DNA from: Deltaproteobacteria bacterium
GTDB lineage: Bacteria > Desulfobacterota > Dissulfuribacteria > Dissulfuribacterales > QOAL01
Length of the DNA: 33,046 bases
Direction: 5' to 3'
Assembly (NCBI GenBank): GCA_027025395.1
Contig: JALVQQ010000202.1
Location: 1-33,046 of the forward strand
The position numbers were made by a program, and so were the translations under genes. A model generated the notes under the pieces. The model did no database searches. It saw only the letters and a list, made by a program, of their open reading frames with translations, and was not told the origin of the DNA. How positions within the stretch are numbered: position 1 is the stretch's first letter; the number at the start of each line of letters is the position of its first letter. Shown here in pieces: positions 1-7,655 of the stretch.

Positions 1-1
1 G

Positions 2-631
2 CTCAGGACGGTAAAGAACCGTTACGGCCCGTCTTTTGAAATAGGCGTGTTTGAAATGACAGAGGCGGGACTGAGGCAGGTCAGGAATCCTTCCAGGCTG
101 TTCATGGGGAGCCATGCCAGGCCGGTGGCAGGCGCCGTGACAGTGCCCTGCCTGGAGGGAACGCGTCCGCTCATGGTGGAAATCCAGGCCCTGGTTACGG
201 AATCAAGCATGGCCATGCCAAGGCGCACGGTAACCGGGATAGAAACAAACCGCCTTGCAATGCTTATTGCGGTTACACAGCGCCAGCTTGACCTGCCGCT
301 GCATCAGTATGATGTCTTTGTTAATGTTGCCGGAGGCCTGAAGATATCGGAACCTGCCGCGGATGCAGGCATTGTGGCCGCGCTTGTTTCAAGCATCAGG
401 GAGGAGGCCATTGCCCCTGATTGCGCCATTTTTGGTGAAATAGGCCTCACAGGCGAACTCAGGCCCGTGGGGCAGGCCGGGCTCAGGTTGCGTGAGGCAG
501 CACGGCTCGGGTTCAGGGCATGCATAATGCCTGCCTCCGGCATGTCAGGAGTTTCACTTCCGGAGGAGATCAGGGTCATTCCTGCTGAAGACCTGGCAAG
601 CGCAATAAAATCCGCTGGATTTTCAGTCTGA
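2..631 (+). CDS. radA: DNA repair protein RadA/Sms, C-terminal part (5' end outside window)
   Basis: Frame 2 is open from the window edge. LRTVKNRYGPSFEIGVFEMTEAGLRQVRNPS matches the end of the RadA RecA-like domain (KNRFG..EIGVFEM). A Lon-protease-like domain follows (DVFVNVAGGLKISEPAADAGIVAALVSS; IFGEIGLTGELRPV). The stop is at 629-631. Confidence 0.88.
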   Translation, partial: LRTVKNRYGPSFEIGVFEMTEAGLRQVRNPSRLFMGSHARPVAGAVTVPCLEGTRPLMVEIQALVTESSMAMPRRTVTGIETNRLAMLIAVTQRQLDLPLHQYDVFVNVAGGLKISEPAADAGIVAALVSSIREEAIAPDCAIFGEIGLTGELRPVGQAGLRLREAARLGFRACIMPASGMSGVSLPEEIRVIPAEDLASAIKSAGFSV

Positions 632-944
632 TATGCGGCAAAGTGTCATTTCATTGACTAAAATGGCGCAGAAATGCATAAACAGGCCTGTTTTTGTGTG
701 GCTTTTTTGACTCAAGGCCCATGCGGGCCTGCCTGCGCAAAAATCCGAGTCAGATTGTAAAGTTAGGTTTTTCCACAATGGCCGGCAGTAGAAGGATACG
801 GCTTAAACAGTACATTTTGTGTGTGTGTTTCCTGTCATGTACGAAATGTAGCATATCCCAAGAAGAATCCCGCGGAAACAAGGCCTTGGCCTTCCCGTTC
901 CGGTGTTTCCCTTAATGCTGTATTTCCAATATATTCAACACCAA

Positions 945-960
945 TGGCACTGGTATTGCT
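945..960 (+). promoter_or_regulatory. Candidate sigma54 (-24/-12) promoter, TGGCAC-N5-TTGCT
   Basis: aTGGCACtggtaTTGCTa: TGGCAC at 945-950, a 5-nt spacer, TTGCT at 956-960. Every core position of the TGGCAC-N5-TTGCW consensus matches. It lies 16 nt upstream of ATG 976, the first gene of the flagellar block. Confidence 0.55.
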
Positions 961-975
961 ATTTTCCACCGTGTC

Positions 976-3159
976 ATGGGCATAAAAAACGTAAAAACAG
1001 CATCCGCAGCCGCGCTGCTTGTCATTTTGACCGTAATAATGCCGGCATTCAGGGCAGATGCCTCTACCCGGCCTGCCAATGATGCCGAGGCGGCGTGGAT
1101 TCAGCTTGCACCCTATCTGAACCGTTTCTGGAGGGACCTTGAAGACAGTCCCGCCCTGGTCAAGCGTTCTGCCTGGCCTGCCATAAACGCCCTGAAGTTC
1201 TATATACAGTACTATCCCGACTCGCCGCACATTCCAGAGGCCTACTACATACTTGGCGAGGCCTATTCGAGCATCTCCTATTCAACCGAGGCAGCGGCTC
1301 ACTGGAAGACGGTTGTCAAGTACTATCCGGCCAGCAAGTGGGCCGGTTCTGCCCTTACCGCCCTTGTCCATCAGCTCAAGCTCAAGGGTAACAGGCAGAA
1401 AATATTAAAATTTTACAAAAAAATTCTCGGTCAATTTCCTGACAGCGCCGCTGCCCGCATGGCCATGGTGCTGCTGGCCGAGGATGCGCTCAGGCAGGGA
1501 AAGATCAAGATGGCGAGGCTGACGGCGGAAAGACTCGGCCGCAATCCTTCAATAGAGCTTCAGGTGCCTGAATATCTCAGGCTGAAGGCCATGCTGGCCG
1601 GGCATGACGGGAATTATGAAGAGCAGCGCCGCTATCTTCTCCACTATATCAACCTGGTAAGGTCCAGGCCACTGCGGGCATCGGCCCTGTTCAGCATTGC
1701 GGAAAGCTACCGCCGGGAAGGGCGCCTGCTGAACGCCAGGAAATATTACGCCTTTATAAGGCGTGATTTCAAATCCGAGCCCGAGGCCCTTTACGCACGG
1801 TTCAGGCTGGCCCAGCTGGAGGATCAGGCAAGGGGCAGGCTCAGCAGGTATATCGGAACAGGACTTCCGCCTGAAAATCTTCCTGCCACGGCCAGGCTCT
1901 ATGCAAGGATACTCAGGGAATATCCCGACCATCCGCTCACCCAGGAGGTCCAGCTTGAACTGCTGCGTCTTCGGATAAGGCAGGGACGCTATCTTGACGC
2001 TGTCAAACTCGGCAATGATTTTCTGAAGCGCTATCCCAACAGCGCATATTATGCGGCAGCGGAAAAAGATACGCTCAAGGCCGTTGATCTGCTTGAAAAA
2101 CATACCCGGACAGTTGCCAGTCTCAGGGATGCGGTGGAGTTTGGCCTTCCCTATCTCAAGAGGGAAAACCTGGGCAAGGCAGCCAAACGCACCGCTCAGG
2201 CCAGCCGCGCCCTCTGGATAAAACTGATTCAGCTCCTTGTCACGAACAGGCATTACAAGGACGCTCTTTCCCAGTACCGCCATTTTGCCAGGGTATTGAA
2301 GGGTGATCCCGAGCTTGCCGCCGGAGGCAGGGTGCGTGACATGGCCGCCAGGGCGGTCGCCGGTCTGGACAGGCAATTTCTGTCCGGCAAGGCATTTACG
2401 GCACTTGTCAACTACCACTTTGCCTACAGGCCGATGATGGAGGATGTTGCTCCTGCATCCCACTGGGTATCCCTTGCCCGGGCATGGGTGTCCATGTCCT
2501 GCCCCGAAGCGGCTCTAAGGGCATATTTCCAGGCCTGGCAGAGAGGTCTTCCGGCTGAACAGCGCTGCTCCACGCTCTCTGCCTGGACAGATTGTGCGCT
2601 GGAGAACAGGGAAATCGTTACGGCATCATCTGTTATTGCATTAATGGACGCCAACTGCCCCGATCAGGCCCTTGCGGCTGAAATGCTTGCCAGAAAGGCC
2701 AGGCTGCAGGCCATGAAGGGCAGGTGGACAGAGGCGGTTATCCTGTATCGGGATGCGGTGCGGAATGGAGGAGGGATTGACGCCCGGGTTGGACTCCTTG
2801 ATGCATCTGTGATGACGGGTGACTGGAGCACGGCCAGGAGGCTGCGCCAGCGGATATGGGGCAGTGTTCCAGTGGATGAGAGGGAGCGCATCTTGCGGAA
2901 ATGGGTGGATGAAGCCTTGAAATTGCATCAGTACGGTGAGGCCGGCGAGGCATGTCAGAGGCTGCTTGTCCTGGCGCCCGAAGACCCTTCAGTGGCGTGG
3001 CGGCTTGCGCGGATACGGGAATTTTCGGGTCAGGCTGACAATGCCATTGATCAGTACAAGGCGCTAAGCCAGGCAGAATCGCCGCTGTGGGCCTCTGCCG
3101 CGGCCGCTGCCCTCAAAAACAGGGAATTCTGGGATAATGTTCCGGAGGATCTGCGATGA
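976..3159 (+). CDS. Secreted/periplasmic tetratricopeptide-repeat protein (BamD/YbgF-like TPR repeats), 727 aa
   Basis: The N-terminal signal peptide is MGIKNVKTASAAALLVILTVIMPAFRADA|S. TPR-like helical pairs with the 'hh..YPDS..A..A' signature recur (YYPDSPHIPEAYYILGEAY; ILGQFPDSAAARMA; ILREYPDHPLTQE; FLKRYPNSAYYAAA). The stop overlaps the next start (ATGA at 3156-3159). Confidence 0.8.
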   Translation: MGIKNVKTASAAALLVILTVIMPAFRADASTRPANDAEAAWIQLAPYLNRFWRDLEDSPALVKRSAWPAINALKFYIQYYPDSPHIPEAYYILGEAYSSISYSTEAAAHWKTVVKYYPASKWAGSALTALVHQLKLKGNRQKILKFYKKILGQFPDSAAARMAMVLLAEDALRQGKIKMARLTAERLGRNPSIELQVPEYLRLKAMLAGHDGNYEEQRRYLLHYINLVRSRPLRASALFSIAESYRREGRLLNARKYYAFIRRDFKSEPEALYARFRLAQLEDQARGRLSRYIGTGLPPENLPATARLYARILREYPDHPLTQEVQLELLRLRIRQGRYLDAVKLGNDFLKRYPNSAYYAAAEKDTLKAVDLLEKHTRTVASLRDAVEFGLPYLKRENLGKAAKRTAQASRALWIKLIQLLVTNRHYKDALSQYRHFARVLKGDPELAAGGRVRDMAARAVAGLDRQFLSGKAFTALVNYHFAYRPMMEDVAPASHWVSLARAWVSMSCPEAALRAYFQAWQRGLPAEQRCSTLSAWTDCALENREIVTASSVIALMDANCPDQALAAEMLARKARLQAMKGRWTEAVILYRDAVRNGGGIDARVGLLDASVMTGDWSTARRLRQRIWGSVPVDERERILRKWVDEALKLHQYGEAGEACQRLLVLAPEDPSVAWRLARIREFSGQADNAIDQYKALSQAESPLWASAAAAALKNREFWDNVPEDLR

Positions 3160-4646
3160 CAGGCGTTCAGGCGGCGGAACCCGCCAATCCAGCGGCAAGG
3201 ATTCTGGTGGCAGCTTCAGGCACCGCACACAGGATGGAGCTTAACAGGATACTCGAGGCCCTTGGGTATGAAGCCAGCATGGTGCCGGATGCGGCGATGC
3301 TGGAGCAGCTTCTTGAAAACGGCAGGTTTGACGTGTTGCTCCTGGTGCATGACCGGGGCCGGATGGACGCCCCTTCAATACTTGAGTCTCTTGCCGCCCG
3401 ATTCCCGGCTTTAAGGGTGATAGTCCTTGCGCCTGAAGCCACGGTGGAGGATGCGGTAGCCGCCATGCGCAGGGGAGCGCAGGATTTTATAACCGGTTCA
3501 TGGAGTCACGACCTGGTGGGTCATGCCATTGCCCAGGCAGTTGAAACGGGTCGCGGCCTGAAGAAGAACAGGGAGCTTGTGGCCCATTCATCAGACAGCG
3601 ATCCCAGGCCGTCGGCAAGCCGGGCTTCAGGGCAGGGCAGCGGTGCAGGTCAGTCCGGAGGCGCGGGGCCTGCGGGATCTCCTGACAGGCGCTATCATAT
3701 TTATACCCGCAGCCCGGTGATGAAACAGCTGCTTGAGAAGGCGAAAAGCGTGGCAAAAAGCAGGGCCACGGTTCTCATACAGGGTGAGAGCGGGACAGGA
3801 AAGGAGCTGCTGGCGCGCTACATACACGCATGCAGTGACCGGGCCTCAAAACCGTTTGTGGCCCTCAACTGCGCTGCCCTTCCTGAAACACTCCTTGAAA
3901 GCGAGCTGTTCGGCCATGAAAAGGGGGCGTTTTCAGGGGCTGTCAAGCGAAAGGCGGGCAAGTTTGAACTTGCGGATCATGGAACCCTGCTTCTTGACGA
4001 GATCACAGAAATGGCCCTTCCGCTTCAGGCAAAGCTTCTGCGCGTGCTCCAGGAGGGAGAGGTGGACAGGCTGGGCGGCTCCGAGCCTGTAAAGGTGGAT
4101 GTAAGGGTGGTGGCCACCACCAACCGTGACGTGCTGGCTGCTGTGCGAGGAGGAAATTTCAGGGAGGATCTATACTTCAGGCTCAATGTGATACCACTGA
4201 AAATCCCCTCACTCGCCGACCGCCCGGAGGATATCTCCTTTCTTGCAGACCATTTTCTTGACCTGTTCGCAGAGGAGTACGGCAAAAAAGGGATAAAATT
4301 TGCAAAGGGAGTGGTGGAATTTCTGGAAACCAGGCAGTGGCAGGGAAATGTTCGGGAACTCCGCAATCTGGTGGAGCGCGGCGTTCTGCTGGCCCGGGGA
4401 GACGAGATAACACTGCAGGATATTCTGGGTGAGGATGACCTGCCGGGAAAAATCAGCCGGCCGGAAGGGGGAGGCGTGCTTGACGGAAACGTATTCAACC
4501 TTGAGGAAATGGAAAAGGAGATGGTTCAGCGCGCGCTTTCAAAAACCAAGGGGAACCGGACCCATGCAGCCAAACTTCTGGGAATAAGTGTTCGCACCCT
4601 CAGGAACAAGCTGGCGGAATACAGGAGGACCGGCCTGGTGCTTTAG
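3156..4646 (+). CDS. Sigma54-dependent transcriptional activator (bEBP) with degenerate receiver domain; FleQ/FlrA-like candidate flagellar regulator
   Basis: AAA+ core: Walker A GESGTGKELLARYIH, sigma54-contact loop GAFSGA (variant of GAFTGA), Walker B LLLDEI, and R-finger region VRVVATTNRD..FREDLYFRLNV. The C-terminal Fis-type HTH is GNRTHAAKLLGISVRTLRNKL. The N-terminal REC-like fold lacks the phospho-acceptor residues (see findings). GGAGG lies 8 nt before the ATG. Confidence 0.9.
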   Translation: MTGVQAAEPANPAARILVAASGTAHRMELNRILEALGYEASMVPDAAMLEQLLENGRFDVLLLVHDRGRMDAPSILESLAARFPALRVIVLAPEATVEDAVAAMRRGAQDFITGSWSHDLVGHAIAQAVETGRGLKKNRELVAHSSDSDPRPSASRASGQGSGAGQSGGAGPAGSPDRRYHIYTRSPVMKQLLEKAKSVAKSRATVLIQGESGTGKELLARYIHACSDRASKPFVALNCAALPETLLESELFGHEKGAFSGAVKRKAGKFELADHGTLLLDEITEMALPLQAKLLRVLQEGEVDRLGGSEPVKVDVRVVATTNRDVLAAVRGGNFREDLYFRLNVIPLKIPSLADRPEDISFLADHFLDLFAEEYGKKGIKFAKGVVEFLETRQWQGNVRELRNLVERGVLLARGDEITLQDILGEDDLPGKISRPEGGGVLDGNVFNLEEMEKEMVQRALSKTKGNRTHAAKLLGISVRTLRNKLAEYRRTGLVL

Positions 4647-4663
4647 GCCGGGGGAGATTGAAG

Positions 4664-5155
4664 ATGAAACTCATGGGAAAGACCATAGAGCTGCTTGAAC
4701 ACGCAATAAGCATCAGAAGCAGCCGCAATTCTGTTCTTGCAGGCAATATCGCCAACATGGATACGCCGGGATACGTGCCAAGGGATATAGATTTCAAAAA
4801 GCTGATGGAAAACTATATGAATGAGGGGCAGCCCTCGGAAATCGCCGCAACAGACCCGGCCCACTTTACGGCCGCCGGGTCATGCGGCGACGGCGACAGG
4901 GTAAGCCTGGCGGGTTCCAGCGGAGAGGATGAGCTTGCCGCCACTGACCCGCGGCATTTCACCACCGCCAGCCAGAAGCCCGGTTGCGAACCCGTCACAT
5001 ATTCAACCGAGGAGGGCACGCCCAACAGCCTTGACCTTGACCAGGAGATGGCGAAACTATCTGCAAACAACCTGCAGTACCAGGCCGCAGTCACCGTACT
5101 CATAAAGAAGTTCGAGGGCCTGGTCAATGCAATAACCGAAGGAGGCAAACAGTGA
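4664..5155 (+). CDS. flgB: Flagellar basal-body rod protein FlgB
   Basis: The N-terminal rod motif is SRNSVLAGNIANMDTPGY and the C-terminal motif is LDQEMAKLSANNLQYQAA. The ORF track starts at TTG 4658. ATG 4664 sits 7 nt after GGGGAG and is preferred. Confidence 0.85.
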   Translation: MKLMGKTIELLEHAISIRSSRNSVLAGNIANMDTPGYVPRDIDFKKLMENYMNEGQPSEIAATDPAHFTAAGSCGDGDRVSLAGSSGEDELAATDPRHFTTASQKPGCEPVTYSTEEGTPNSLDLDQEMAKLSANNLQYQAAVTVLIKKFEGLVNAITEGGKQ

Positions 5156-5601
5156 ACCTTCTTGATTCCATCAACATTAGCGCTACCGGCCTGTCGGCAC
5201 AGCGGGTAAGGCTGAACATAGCCTCCATGAACCTGGCGAACGCCAACGTGACCCGTACGGTTGACGGCGGGCCTTACAGGGCAAAATCCGTAATCCTTGC
5301 CAGTGAGCCGTATGAAAAGCAGGCAGGAGGCCCGTCCGGGGGCTCCTTCGATGAGGAGCTTGAGCAGGCGGTACAGACCGTAAGGGTCGCCGGCATAGTG
5401 GATGACCCCGATCCCTTTATCGAGGTGTATGATCCTTCTCATCCCGATGCTGATGCAAATGGCATGGTCAAATATCCCAATGTAAACACCATGGAGCAGA
5501 TGGTGGACGTGATGGAGGCATCCCGCGCATACGAGGCCAACGCCACCGTGCTTGAGACCGCCAAGGGCATGGCCATGAAGGCATTGGAGATCGCACGGTA
5601 G
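5152..5601 (+). CDS. flgC: Flagellar basal-body rod protein FlgC
   Basis: ISATGLSAQRVRLNIASMNLANANVTRT and C-terminal NVNTMEQMVDVMEASRAYEANATVLETAK are canonical FlgC motifs. The GTG start overlaps the flgB stop (GTGA), with GGAGG 8 nt upstream. Confidence 0.9.
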   Translation: MNLLDSINISATGLSAQRVRLNIASMNLANANVTRTVDGGPYRAKSVILASEPYEKQAGGPSGGSFDEELEQAVQTVRVAGIVDDPDPFIEVYDPSHPDADANGMVKYPNVNTMEQMVDVMEASRAYEANATVLETAKGMAMKALEIAR

Positions 5602-5638
5602 GAACAGCTCGGAGCCGGTGAGCATTTGAGGAAAGATC

Positions 5639-5938
5639 ATGAATATATCACAGACAGGACAGGCAGCTTCTTCCCTGGTTCAGCCTGAAAAGGCTGCTCC
5701 GGGGAAATCGGGTGAAGGCAGGGGATTTGGTGAGATTTTCGAAGAGGCGTTCGACAGGGTGAACAGTGACATGGTCCATGCGGACAGGATGATCCAGGAC
5801 ATGGCCACGGGCAGGGACGTGGATATTGCCCAGACCATGATCGCCGTCAGCAAGGCGGATATTTCTTTCAGGTTGATGCTTCAGATAAGGAACAAGGCGC
5901 TGTCCGCCTATGAAGAGATAATGCGCATGACGGTATAA
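5639..5938 (+). CDS. fliE: Flagellar hook-basal body complex protein FliE
   Basis: The protein is 99 aa. FGEIFEEAFDRVNSDMVHADRMIQDMATG...IAVSKADISFRLMLQIRNKALSAYEEIMRM fits the FliE pattern. SD GAGGAAAG is present and the position between flgC and fliF is typical. Confidence 0.85.
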   Translation: MNISQTGQAASSLVQPEKAAPGKSGEGRGFGEIFEEAFDRVNSDMVHADRMIQDMATGRDVDIAQTMIAVSKADISFRLMLQIRNKALSAYEEIMRMTV

Positions 5939-6050
5939 TCTGTCCGGGCCGTGTGAATGGCCAAGGGATGGAATGTGACAGGGGCCCTTCAGGAAGGCCC
6001 CGTGTCCGGTGGTAACCTGAATTTTTCACAACAGGGGAAGATGGCTTGAT

Positions 6051-7655
6051 ATGGCTGGGGCCGCGGATTACTGGAATCAGATAAAACAGCTTGTCCAGGA
6101 TATGGACAGGAGGCAGCAGATAATAGCAGGCGCGGTGGTGCTGTTTGTCATTGCAGCCTTTGCAGCCCTGTTCATCTATACAAACCGTACGGATTTTGCC
6201 ACCCTCTACTCTGACATGGAGCAGGCGGATGCGGCCGAGATAGTCAAGTGGCTGCAGGATGAGAAGATCCCGTACCGGCTTGTCCACGGCGGCACCACGG
6301 TACAGGTTCCGGCTGACAAGGTTTATGATATAAGGCTTGCACTGGCCGGCGCCGGGCTTCCCCGGGGCGGAAGCGCGGGTTTCAAGCTTTTTGACAAAAC
6401 CAGCCTTGGCGCCACGGATTTTGTGCAGCAGGTCAACTACCAGCGGGCGCTCCAGGGGGAGCTGGAACGGACAATAGACAGGTTTCCTCAGGTCAAATCC
6501 GCAAGGGTCCATGTTGCAATGCCCAAGGAGTCGCTTTTCGTAAGTGAGAGGCAGCCGGTGACCGCCTCTGTTGTGCTGACCCTGAAGCGCGGAGCCGAAC
6601 TTAGCAGCACCCAGATAGAGAGCATCGTGCACCTGGTGGCCGGGGCGGTTCCCCGGCTGGACAGGGAAAATGTCTCTGTGGTGGATACCACCGGCCGGGT
6701 CCTGTACGAACACAGGAACCGGGCCATGCCTGACGAGTCCGCCAGGACAAACGCGCAGCTTGTGTATCAGCGGCGTCTGGAGGAGTACTACAAGCACAAG
6801 ATTTCCTCCCTGCTGGAGGATGCCTTAGGACCCGGAAGCACAGTGGTTCAGGTATCTGCCGAAATAGATTTTGACAGGGTTGAGACAAGTGAAGATCAGT
6901 TTGATCCTGATTCCGTGGCGGTGAGGAGTGAACACAATTTGACCGTCAAGGAGTATGACAGGCAAAACGGCGGTATTCCCGGCGTAAAAGGCGGGCTGGC
7001 CGGAAAGCTCCAGGGCAATCTGGGGCAGAAGGAAGAGGGGCTTGTCACGCACAAAAAGGAAGAGACCAGGAATTATGAAATAACACGGGTAAAACGAAAT
7101 ACCCGCGGGGCAATCGGAAAACTCAGGCGGCTTTCTGTCGGTGTCCTGGTGGATGGAACCTATACAGAAAAGGATGGAGCCAGGCAATATTCGGCCCGCA
7201 CCCCTGAAGAGATGACAAAGCTCCGTAACATAGTAAGGGCGGCCATGGGATTCAGCGAGGAGCGGGGAGATGATCTCAGTATTCAGAACGTGCCGTTCAG
7301 CCCGACCGGGCGCGCGTCTGAAACCTCGGTAAACGACATGGTTGATCTGGCCATGAAGATACTCAAGCCCCTGGGCAATCTGGTGCTCGCCCTGCTGTTT
7401 ATCTTTCTGGTGCTTCGTCCCCTGCTGAACCGGTATGTGCTTGCGCCAAGGGAAGAGGAGCTCGCTCCGGCCGAGACTGCGCTTCTCGAGGGAGGCGAAC
7501 TGCCTGAAATCGAAGCGCCTGTCGCCTTTGAACCGGCTCCGGATGCAGCCCAGGAGTTGAAGGACCTTGCCAATGACTATCCTGAAAGGGCAGCCGCGCT
7601 GATAAAGGTCTGGCTAAGGGAAAAGGAGGGAGGAAAAGATGCCTCTGGTCAGTGA
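6051..7655 (+). CDS. fliF: Flagellar M-ring protein FliF
   Basis: The protein is 534 aa with an N-terminal TM segment (IIAGAVVLFVIAAFAALFIY). YscJ/FliF ring motifs are present (YSDMEQADAAEIVKWLQDEKIPYRL; QVNYQRALQGELERTI; KSARVHVAMPKESLF). A C-terminal TM and a FliG-binding tail follow. Confidence 0.92.
   Translation: MAGAADYWNQIKQLVQDMDRRQQIIAGAVVLFVIAAFAALFIYTNRTDFATLYSDMEQADAAEIVKWLQDEKIPYRLVHGGTTVQVPADKVYDIRLALAGAGLPRGGSAGFKLFDKTSLGATDFVQQVNYQRALQGELERTIDRFPQVKSARVHVAMPKESLFVSERQPVTASVVLTLKRGAELSSTQIESIVHLVAGAVPRLDRENVSVVDTTGRVLYEHRNRAMPDESARTNAQLVYQRRLEEYYKHKISSLLEDALGPGSTVVQVSAEIDFDRVETSEDQFDPDSVAVRSEHNLTVKEYDRQNGGIPGVKGGLAGKLQGNLGQKEEGLVTHKKEETRNYEITRVKRNTRGAIGKLRRLSVGVLVDGTYTEKDGARQYSARTPEEMTKLRNIVRAAMGFSEERGDDLSIQNVPFSPTGRASETSVNDMVDLAMKILKPLGNLVLALLFIFLVLRPLLNRYVLAPREEELAPAETALLEGGELPEIEAPVAFEPAPDAAQELKDLANDYPERAAALIKVWLREKEGGKDASGQ

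Noticed and set aside
694-915. A 73-aa ORF in the radA-TPR intergenic region, and a (TG)5 run at 818-828.
   Set aside because: The ORF has no SD, an odd composition (Cys/Phe/Arg-rich) and a GTG start, and it runs across the AT-rich promoter region. The dinucleotide run is too short to count as a microsatellite of note.
1549-2463. Long antisense or overlapping ORFs inside well-supported genes. Examples are 1549-2463(-), 4813-5640(-), 5868-6797(-), 7399-7971(-), 7993-8784(-), 9150-9872(-), 10612-11220(-), 21534-22166(+), 24427-25107(-), 25593-26189(-), 31078-31686(+) and 32266-32979(-).
   Set aside because: They lie opposite or out of frame to ORFs with clear family motifs. Their translations are Pro/Arg/Gly/Cys-rich with no recognisable motifs or SD sequences. 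Such shadow ORFs are expected in high-GC DNA.
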